This document shows positions 21,988-31,298 of a stretch of DNA of 63,769 nucleotides, in pieces; within the stretch, counting starts at the first letter, position 1, and every line of letters starts with the position of its first letter. The stretch spans positions 16,512,568 through 16,576,336 of the forward strand of contig MU062841.1 of the NCBI GenBank assembly GCA_013265495.1. Reading direction: 5' to 3'. The notes under the pieces are model-generated. The model did not search any database, was not told where the DNA came from, and was given only the letters and a program-made list of their open reading frames with translations. This DNA is from Vicugna vicugna. Its lineage: Eukaryota. Both the position numbers and the translations under genes were made by a program.

Positions 21988-24900
21988 GTCCAGATCAGAC
22001 TAACTGCACCAACTGCTGGGTCCACAAGGACCAGGCTCTGTGGCAAACTATGAGATTGCTCTAGACCCACGAGCCAGCAAGGCTGTCTTCACACTCTTTC
22101 CCTCGGGCTTCTGAGGCCTGGACGCAAGGTAATCTCTCAGGTCACGCCAGGGAGCTCCTTCTCCTCCTGTTTCCCCCAGTGCCCACTGACGCCTGCCTCT
22201 GGCCAGGACCACCCCGTGGAGACACATCAAGCTTGGGCCTAACAGATTAGTCATTCCTGGTGACAGCTTAGATCCGCCCAGGAGGATGCTGCGTGTGACC
22301 TCCTGCGTTACCCCCGACCCAGATCGGGAGAGCTTGTCCAGGCTCGCAAGCCAGCTCTCTTGGGGAGGAGAAGGGCTCCTCCTCTCCATGAGGAGTGGCC
22401 AAGCAGTTTGGGGAAGGTGGGCCTACAGTGCCCTGGGAAGCCTAGTCTTTTCCAGGCCCCACACTAGGTCCACCTCCTCCAGGAAGTCTTCCTTGGTGCC
22501 CTGATCTAGGAGGCAGGAAGATGGGTTCTCTCATGTGCCCCGCTTCCCACACCCCAGCAAGCTCATATTCTTGGTGACTCCAGGGTCTTCCTGGGTCACG
22601 TGGGAGCTGAGACTCACCCGCCTGAGGACTAGCAAGTTGCCCCAGATGGTGTGGCCAGTTCCAAATCCCGAAAAAACGTCATGAAGCTGGAATCCCATCC
22701 CCGCACCAGCCCTGCTTCCCCACCCCTGCCTGTGGGAGCGCTGCCCTCTCTGAGTTCCGCTCTCCAGGTGGTGCGCACATCGCTGGCTCCCTGTGCCGCG
22801 GGGTCCTCCCTCCGGCTCTTCCCTCTGCCGCGCGCGACCCCTGTCCACCTGAGGAGCTTCGGCACAGCACCAGGAGCCAGGGGCTGGGGTAGCAGGTGCC
22901 AGGAGTGGGCTGGGCGTAGGATGGGGAAGGGAGGACACGGGTCCAGTGAAACGGCCTGGGGAAACAGAAGATGATGGCGGTGAGGCCCTGCCATCAGCCT
23001 GCCGTGGGCCGTGTGTGAGCACCTTGCCCAGGCTGGGCCTGTCAGAGATGAGCCTGGGTCTTCTGTTGCTGCAGCGTTCTTCTCCCGTCATGGGAAATAA
23101 CTCTGTGGTGTGTGTGTGCATGAGTGCGGCCCCTCCAAGCACCTGGTGGGCCCATGTAACCAGATTCTGCTTCACGTTCTTTTCTTTAATCCCCAGAGAT
23201 GTGACCAGCTCAGTGAATCCCCTCGAGTCTTCCCTGGGTGCCCACTGGTGTTGGGTCCTGGGCTGAGTCCAGTTTCCTACAGAGAGGTTCCTCCCCCGAT
23301 TGGCCAATGCCTGACAATGATTAGCCAAGTGTGCAAAGAGCTCGCGTGGAGGAGGAGGACCGTCCTCCACAGACAGTTTGGAGAACACCTGTGGTCACAG
23401 GTGCATCACCTGGGTGTACACCGGAGGCCCGCTGGCTCCTCCGGCAGGCCCAGCCGGGGCAGTGCCCTGTGACCATGTCTCTGAGCTGCAATGTGAGCGA
23501 GATGAGCGGGAAGATTTCTTGTGGACACTTGTCCCAGCCAGAGGGTCGCGGCTTCCATCCTCGGCTTGCACAGCACCCGGGCGGGCTGGCTCTCAGCAGG
23601 AGCTCCTGGTGCCCAGGGGGCGAGGAGGCCTGTGTGCCCCAGGGCCAGGCTCCCTCTGCCCACCGCCCAAGGTGCAGATGGGACCCCAGACAGGCCCGGG
23701 GTGTGTGGCTGCGACCTGCCCACTCCTCGACCTCTGAGGAGGGGCCCTGGCCACAGGTGACACCAGGGACCCGTCCCGTCTGCGGGGAAGGCCTGGAGCA
23801 GGGCAGCTCCTGCGCGAGGCCCTACTGTGTGCTGGGCAGCATGTGAAGGATCTTCCCCGTTCACCCCCACGATGTAGCTGAGACGAAAGTTGACATGAAG
23901 TTACTCGCCCTGAGTGAGAACCATGCTTGCCTTTTGCCAAAGTCCAGGGCTCTGACCTCTGGGCCGCCGTCCCATCCACAAGGCTGCGTGCCTGGCCCGA
24001 ACGACACCCTCAAGTGTGACAAAGATCTGACGCACCTGCACCGGCCCTGGAAGCGAGGGCGGCCAAGCCTAAGCAGGGGCCCACTGAGCCCAGTAACTCG
24101 GGCGTCCCGAGGCCCAGCTGGGAGTGCCCTCCCACTCCCAGCCGTGGGCGCGGTGGGCCGTGTCCAGCCGCCGGTGACTCTGCAGCCCACGTTCCCACGA
24201 TCAGGGAGGCTGTCGGTTTGGCTCCGACGGCCCATCTGGGGGTGCCCCGGCGGCCAGCCTCCTGCGGCGAGGCCCTGGGGCTCGGGCCAGCCTTCCTGCA
24301 GCCCGGTCACAGGGCCTGCCCTCGTCCTCAGCCTGCTGGCCTCTCTCCTGAGGTCGCAGGTCCACTGCTAAATTCCTCGGGCCACCTCAACGCTCCCCTC
24401 GCCAGGCTGTGGTGGTTTCCGTGGCGACGTCCCAGTCCCCGTTCTGCCCCCAAGGAGGAGCTGATCTCCCAGAGCAAATGGCCTGCTTGCCAGGCGCTCC
24501 CCACCCGCCCGCCCGCCGGCTGGGAGCGAGTCCTGCGCTGTGTGAAGACAGTGGGTCAGGCCCAACCAGGGCGTGGAAGCCATGAGGGAAGTGGATGTTG
24601 GCTGGACTTTCAAATGGGATGTGTGGGAGGGGTAGGTGCGGGTAGACTGTGCGGGGAGGCCCTGACCACGGCTGCCGTCCCAGAGAATCGCCACGCGGGC
24701 TCTCGCCCTGGGGGGCGCGGTGCCGGAGGGAACCACATGGTGACCTGGGGTGAGGGCAACGCTCACCTCCACTTCCCACATCTGTAAAATGGGCACCACC
24801 ATGCCTGCCGGCCAGGATCGTGCAGCACAACACATGCAACCCTTTTTATAAAGGGTCTGGCCGGCCTTAGGCTGGCCCCAGAGCGCTCCAGACACCGGTT

Positions 24901-25189
24901 TTTCTTTCCATTCCGTGTGTGAGCCCCAGAAGCGCTGTCCCAGGCCTCCTGCTTCACCTCCCTCATCCTGGGAGCCTGTGGAGATGCTGCAGATGGCACC
25001 AGGCACGGCGGGGGCTGGCTGCGCCACTGTCCCTCCAGCAAGTCCCAGGGGAGACCAGACGTCACCCCCAATCGCTCCCCCCACCGCCAGCACACACGCT
25101 TGCCCCAGCAAAGGGCTGCAGGTCAGAGTCAGGAGCCGCCTCGCTGAGGATCATTCTCAAGTCTCGATGGCTAAAGAAACTTTGTCGAG

Positions 25190-25520
25190 CACAAAGTAAG
25201 TGCCAATCACAGGGAGTGGCACGCGGGGACACTGCAGTGCAGAGGACACAGTCCCTGCCGAAAAGGCTCCCGGGGCAGAGGTGGAAGGGGGGTGCCGATG
25301 ACCCACAGCCCGAGACAGGCGGAAAAGAGGCTGTAAGGAGGAACCCCGTTCTGATGAGAAACTGTTCAGGGGCTTCCTGGAGGGTGGCCTGTGGGCTCTG
25401 AAGGATGAGCAAGAGCTTGCAGGGTGGATAAGGGAAGGAAGGGCTTGGAGGCCCCACGTCTGGGCTGACCAGGGGGCTAGGAGGCTCTTCCAAAGCTCCA
25501 GGTGCAGGGAGGCGCTTCAG
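25190..25520 (-). mobile_element. L2 fragment
   Basis: GTCCCTGCC, CAGGGGCTTCCTGGAGG, CTGAAGGATGAGCAAGAGCTTG in antisense L2 order. Confidence 0.6.
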
Positions 25521-25724
25521 TGCTGCTCACAGGTGACTTCACAGGTGTGGGAGCCCCCCGGGGGGCATGAAGACACGCCTACCAAGGGACGTGCGGGCAG
25601 CCTGCGACCCAGGCCTCGGCCTCAGCCTTCCAGGAACTGGCTGGTTGAGACTCACCTCACCCCTGGCACACATCTCCTACCTTCCCCTTCCCCTTCCCCT
25701 TCCTCTTCTTCTTCGTTTAACCAT

Positions 25725-25789
25725 TTTATTTCCAGTATATTTTTAAAATCATAAATGGGGTTTTGTAATCCAAAGTCAAAGTCTTTATT
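25725..25789 (-). terminator. Two AATAAA polyadenylation signals at the retrocopy 3' end
   Basis: Forward TTTATT at 25725-25730 and 25784-25789, at the end of a U-rich 3'UTR and just before the decayed tail. Confidence 0.75.
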
Positions 25790-27181
25790 CTTCGTAGCTT
25801 CAGAATTTGACAAGCAAGTCCAGACCCTGCTTTCCAAATCCAGTTTCCTTTGTTGTTTTTCAGACTTTGAGACCTCGTATTTAAACTACTCCATGCTAAA
25901 TATACAGTTTTGTATAACTCTTGCACACTTGTTGATAAAATTCTTTAAAAACCAGTCCATCAAATATAAAGAATGATTTCCGTCCGAGGATCAGCAGGGA
26001 GGGAAGAAAGACTAAACACCTATCAAAAAATCATTTCTTCATTTTAAAAAAACAGCAGAACCAGCCCTGTTCTCTGCCGTGAAAGAGAACATGCAAAATT
26101 AGTTTAAATTACTTTTGTAGACTTCGGTAATATTTTATTACCTACACAGGTCTCAGTCTCACTTAAAGATCTTTTATGTGAAGTCACCATCAGGGTATGC
26201 TGAGTAAAAGTCCTGGGGACTAACGTGTGCTGTTCCGAAGAAGAACGAGTTACTTTTGAGGAAAAGAGCTGGCTTGGTAACTTCCCTCAAATGCTTATTT
26301 TAAATAAACATAGGAAAAAAATAATAATAATAAAAAAATAAAGATAGTTAATGGAAACATTTTTTAAACCAGCCTTGGAGAGCCTCTAGCACACTGCCCA
26401 CCAAACAGAAAAGGAGATCAAAACTTTCTTTCCTCATTCAGGAAACTCTCCACCTGCGCTTTCAAGATTACAAACTTTCCACTGTTTTCACTGCCTCAAA
26501 AAAATATTTAAATTTTTTACATTCTGCATCTCAATGTTGTAAGAGCTTTTCAAACGATCTTCACAGCCCAGCAGACACAGAGCAACACTTTCAAGCCACA
26601 CTGTTTGACCGTAACGCAGAGAGGAAAATGGACGGATGTCTGAAAACAGGCATTTAATAAGCATTCCCTCTGCCCCACAGGTGAGCAGACTTTTAACACG
26701 CGAGCAGCACAGAACTCCACTCCTCTGGCGACCCCTCAGACTCAGAATGGCTCCATTTAAGGCATTATTCTTAAAAATTAAAGTTTGGTCACTAGGAAAG
26801 ACTGAACAAAAATTATTCCCCACCCCTCACGAAACAACAACAAAACAGCTTGAACCACCTGCTTTGCCTCTCCACAAAAACAGGGACGTCGTTGGGGCCG
26901 AAGCCTTTAAACCTGGAATTCCAGCTCCTAAAACATTTCTGCTGTCTGCTCGAAGGTGCACACTCTCGGATCTCCTTCTCCGATGCCGCCCCCATTTACA
27001 AGGTTACTTCCACACACACGGGCACACACAGCCACGCCCTCCTACTCTCCTGAGTTTGTTGGTAAAATGATGAGGGTTACGAACTAGGCGTGAGCAGGGT
27101 TTCGCAGGTGCTTTGTAAACCCTGCAGTCACCTCACCCCTTTTCTCCAGAAGCCTGAACTCAAACTACACAACCGGGATCA

Positions 27182-28010
27182 CTGCTTCCCCAGACGCTGT
27201 CCACAGGCTGCACATTGATGGAGGGCAGAGGAACAGCCCTGATAGTGATGTTTATGCAGGAAGGCAAAGAGGGTCCCATCAACGGGACGTGCCAGGGAGG
27301 AAAGCCTGCTGAGTCGCCTGCAGGTCCAGCTTCCACCCCGAGTCAGGATCTGGGGCATCACGCGAGCTAAGCAAGCTGCCCGCCAGACCTGCATCCAGAC
27401 CTGCGGGTTTCTTGGCTGCTAGGTTGCTAACCAGCAGACGTCTTCAGCAGCTCTCACAGCACCTGCCCCTCCATCCCCTGGGGACCGCGCCTTCACTGAG
27501 ATTGGCACTTTAAAGCCTGGCCGTTTCTGTCATTACCATTTGCGAACTCTGGTATCGGGGACAGTCTAAGCCCAGAAGTTCCTGCTGTCGCTTTAACATT
27601 TCACCCATCAACCTGGAATTACGTCTTTTGAAAATACCCTGGAGGTGGGAGACGCTAGTGTAAGAGATGCCCACGGCCAGACCCCACCACGAGGCCTGGG
27701 GTGTCGGGAAGCTGGGCCCTGGCTCCTCCTCGGCGACCACCGGCCCGCGCGCTCAGGCAGTCTCCCCAGCCCGGCGGCGGGTGGGCGGAGGCTGGCGCCG
27801 CCCCGAGCGCGGACGCGGTGGCGGCCGGTGGTGGCCGGTGGTGGCCGCGGTCGCTCCGACGGCGGGGGCTTGCGGAGCGCGAAGCCAGCGGCGCTAGGAC
27901 CGCGGCGGAGCGGGCGCGACAGCAGCGCCGCCACTTGCCCTGCAGGGGCCGAAAGGACCCGGAGCCGGCGGAGCAGCAGCGGCGGCCACCCCAGCTCGGC
28001 AGCGCGTCAC
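27182..28010 (-). pseudogene. NUS1P: Disabled NUS1 coding region of the retrocopy
   Basis: Start ATG reads GTG (28010-28008). There is a deletion in the N-terminal coding part, several frameshifts (homology jumps between ORF-track frames 27655-28272, 27608-27934, 27510-27740 and 27179-27394) and a nonsense TAG at 27421-27419. The native stop TAG now reads CAG (27184-27182). Confidence 0.9.
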
Positions 28011-28140
28011 CCTCTCGAGGCTCCGGGCGCCCTCCCTCCTCGGCCCTCCCCCGCGGCGCCACCGCCTCTAATCCCGCCATCGCTCCTGTGCCCCCTCCCC
28101 CAGCCCCTTTCGCCTGCCGCCACCTGCCATCTTCCTCCCC
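27700..28140. promoter_or_regulatory. CpG island formed by the retrocopied NUS1 5'UTR/exon 1
   Basis: Very high CpG density across the decayed 5' part of the retrocopy. Confidence 0.7.
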
Positions 28141-28689
28141 GCTGGCGCCTTTGGAGAGCACTGCGTGCCAGCAGGGCTCCAACTGCGGGTGTGGCCCGAG
28201 CTCTGATGTCACTTGACTCCTCGGGGGACTCGGCCCACCCGCCCCGGAGCAGACACGCGGACGGTTCTGCACAGTTTCCAGGGGCTCACGGCCACTCCCC
28301 CACCACTGAGGAACCCGGTAAGATCCGGCTCGAGCATTCGGCAGAGCAGGAAACTGAGGCAGAGAAAGAAGCTGGCTTGCCCGAGGTCCACACCAGTCAG
28401 GGCAGAACCGGACCTAGACGCCTGGTTTCTGCAGGAGGGTTCTCCCAGGGCCCCTGCGGCTGCCACTTCTTAAGTACATGTCCCTTTCCAGCTGCAGGCC
28501 TCACGGTGGAGGGTAGCAGACACTTCCCAGCGCTCCCAGCTTCACGTCCAGACTCCTCTCTTAGTAAGCCTCCCACTCTGGTCCCCGTGCCCGGGCTCGC
28601 TGCCTCCCAGCGCTCAGGTCTGCCGTCCACCTAGCCCCTCAAGCCACACACGGGCACCCTCCTCCCCTCCTCCCGCCGCTCACTCACGG

Positions 28690-29090
28690 CCACCACCACC
28701 AGCTCACTGCAATCCAGTCTTTTCTCTTCCTCACCAAGCGTCTGAGCCCTCCTCACCTCCTGCTGCGGCTATTACCACAGCCAGGAAAGTATTTCTAAAG
28801 CACACAAACTTGTGGCTTTTCTACTGAAAATCTTGCAGAGCTATCCTGTGGCCTTCAAAATTAAGTTCAAGCTCTTCGTATTGGCTGCAAAGCCCCCCGT
28901 GGCCGGCCCCCTCCGCTGGGCAGTGCCCCCTCCCGCCGTACGCCCACTCCCACCTCGGCATCAGCCAGGCAAAGGCTCCTCACTCCCAACCATGTATAAA
29001 CCATTTGTTCCCGCCTGTCTTTCTGTCCAGAGAAATAAGATGTGCTCGGGCCAGCTGAATACACTTTGACCTCAAGGCTGGCTTGCATGC
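28690..29090 (+). mobile_element. L2 fragment
   Basis: CACAGCCAG..TTTCTAAAGCAC..CTGAAAATCTT..TGGCCTTCAAAATTAAGTTCAAGCTC. Confidence 0.6.
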
Positions 29091-30096
29091 GTGGTTTTTA
29101 ATTTCATTTCCCTCGAGACAGAAATGTTCTTAAAGGGCCCGAACCGCTTTGCTGCTTCTGGACTTCGGAAAACCGTCACACACGAGAGAATCATTTATAA
29201 ACACCCTTCCCTGGTGGTTCCCTTCCATAGGCCAGCGCGACTTTCTGTTTGGGTATTTCTGGGGCCTGAAATTAAAGTCAGGAGAAAGGGCCATTATGAG
29301 CATCAATGTCTAGCAGTGTGCAGTGACCCATTGGCTGATGAATAAGTAACGTAACCAAGAGGTTCAGCCCACAAATTCAGCAGGAACAAGGGCTGATATT
29401 CAAAGTCCCAGACAGTTCAGTTGGAAGAATAATGAAAGCACAGCTGAGACGGGAGCCCGGGACAGCCCCCGCCCCCCACCCGGCCTTGGCCCCCGCCTGG
29501 GCTGTGCTTGGTGGCAGACTTCACAAAAACACAGCCCAAACGAGCTGCATTCCCGGCCCTCGTAACTGGATTTTCAGCTTTCTGGGACAACGCTTCCTGT
29601 GTTATGTCTGCAGTTTGTAGAATCTGATAAGAGACTTGCTTCAAAGTTCAAAGGGACCACACTTTGTAAATAGTTTCAAAGAGAAGCCCTGTGCACACTG
29701 CGGGTGGGGGAGCACAGGAGATGAGACAGCCTTTTACATCAGTCAAGCTGAGGGGGGATTCCCAGAGCCCCCTCTGTGGACCTGCAAAAACTGCTGGATT
29801 TCTCCATCCCCGGTGTCCTGGCCTGCAGTGGGTATCGCAGTGCACTCAGCTCCTTCAGCGGCAGTGAATGATGCCACGCGAATGATGCCACGCTCAGTGA
29901 ACAGTGCTGGTTGGTGGTGGTGGCCGTGGCCAGCAAAACCACCAGTGTGAACACAGCAGCTGTATCAATGCACGCTGAAAGTCATTTTTGGCAGAATGAG
30001 ACCATCTGGGCTATGGACGCAAATACCGGCTAGCCACCTAGAACTGCCGCTCAGGATGGGAGAACTCGACCGAGCCAAAGCCCGCAGGGGGACGGG

Positions 30097-30593
30097 TGCA
30101 GGGGGCTGAATAACGGCCCCAAAGAGATCACGTCCTAATCCCTGGAACCTGTAAATGTGACCTCATTTGGGAAAAGGATCTTTGGAAATGTGATTAAATT
30201 ACGGACTTTGAGATGGGAGGACCATCCTGCTTGTCAGGATGAGCCTTAAATGCAATCCCAAGTGAGCTTTTAAGAGACAGGCAGGGGGAGATGTGACACA
30301 CAAACACAGAGCGGAAGGCGATAGGAAGACAGAAAAGAGATTTCAAGATGCTGGCCTGGAAGATTAGAGTGATGGGACCACAGGCCAAGAAGTGCTGGAA
30401 GCCACTGGGAGGAGCAAGGAACGGTCTCCCCTAGGGCCTCCAGAGGGAGTGTGGCCCGGCTGACTCTTTAATTTTGGCCCAGTGGTACTGATCTTGGACT
30501 TCTGGCCTCCAGGACTGTGAAAGAATAGATTTCTGTTGTTTTCAGCCACCAAGTTTGCGGTGATTTGTGACAGCAGCCCGAGGAAACTCATAT
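30097..30593 (+). mobile_element. MLT1 (MaLR) LTR, MLT1C/D-like
   Basis: CACGTCCTAATCCCTGGAACCTGT, GGACTTCTGGCCTCCAGGACTGTG, TTTCTGTTGTTTTCAGCCACCAAGTTTG..GGAAACTCATA. Confidence 0.88.
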
Positions 30594-30892
30594 GTCCAGG
30601 ATCATAGATTCTAGCCTATTTCACGCAAGAGGAAACACACACTCAGAGAGCGGCAGTGACTTACCCGAAGCCACACAGCACGTTCGCCTCAAGGCCAGGG
30701 CCACACCAAGGCCTCCAGACCCTCTTCCCTCCACCCAGCGTCTCCCCTGGGGGCCTTGGAGCCCTGCCCTGGGGGACCCTTAGTTGCCATCGTGATTTTA
30801 TCTTCACTTACCGCTGCCCCCAGGCGAGGCCAGCTAGTGCCAAACGCTGTCCCTGTGGTCACCACTGCCCTCCGCCTGGATGTCCTCCTATC

Positions 30893-31298
30893 ACCTGGGT
30901 CACAGATGGGGTTTTTGGGAAAAGACTCTGAGAAGGGGGTTTGGAGTATTAGAGCCTTATTAAGGATCTACACCAGTGAAGGAAGGATTGGGAGGGAGGA
31001 AGTTGGGGTGAAATTGCGATGCAGGTCTGACAAACCCTCAGCCAGCCCGGCAGGGAGTTGCTCTGAGTCCAGCTGGGGCAGCCAGGGCCTTGCACCACCG
31101 TCTGGCTCAGTCACCAGGTGCAGGCTGCCCCGGGGAGGGCCTGACCTCAGGCAAGATGGGTCTCTGTGGCGAGGCAGACGCTGAAGGAGCTGACAGCTGG
31201 AGGCCACCTGCTGCCCACACTCCCTGGCGCTGGGTAGCAAGGTCTTCCTTGAAAAAGGGCTGGCTGGGCATATGTGGACCACAATCCAGTGCTACCAC
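30893..31298 (-). mobile_element. LTR16-family (ERVL) solo LTR
   Basis: The reverse complement carries CAGCTGTCAGC, GAGGTCAGGCCCTCCCCGGGGCAGCCTGCA, GGCTGAGGGTTTGTCAGACCTGCATCGCA and CTCAGAGTCTTTTCCC in LTR16 order. Confidence 0.75.

Larger units (their letters stand above)
25680..28148 (-). pseudogene. NUS1P: Processed pseudogene (retrocopy) of NUS1/NgBR: 5'UTR, CDS, 3'UTR and decayed poly(A) tail
   Basis: Minus-strand frames give [63 protein letters not shown] and SALHQCAACGQRLGK. These are collinear with NUS1 ([24 protein letters not shown] ... [39 protein letters not shown] ... SALRQYAACEQRLGK). No introns; the parental exon 1/2 junction is contiguous near 27638. An AT-rich 3'UTR runs to AATAAA signals, then a purine tract (forward CCCCTT/CTT repeats, 25680-25714) typical of a decayed poly(A). 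Confidence 0.93.

Noticed and set aside
27179-27394. ORF ending ...AACGQRLGKQ that keeps the NgBR C-terminal RxG catalytic motif
   Set aside because: Only the last ~15 residues are in the NUS1 frame. The rest is frameshifted sequence, so survival of three codons is expected by chance.
25716-27939. Terminal exon plus 3'UTR of an ordinary multi-exon gene
   Set aside because: NUS1 homology continues upstream through the apparent acceptor into the 5'UTR, so this is a retrocopy. The acceptor is kept only as a speculative secondary feature.
27182-28010. A functional NUS1 gene or retrogene
   Set aside because: Lost ATG, multiple frameshifts, an internal nonsense codon and a lost stop codon.
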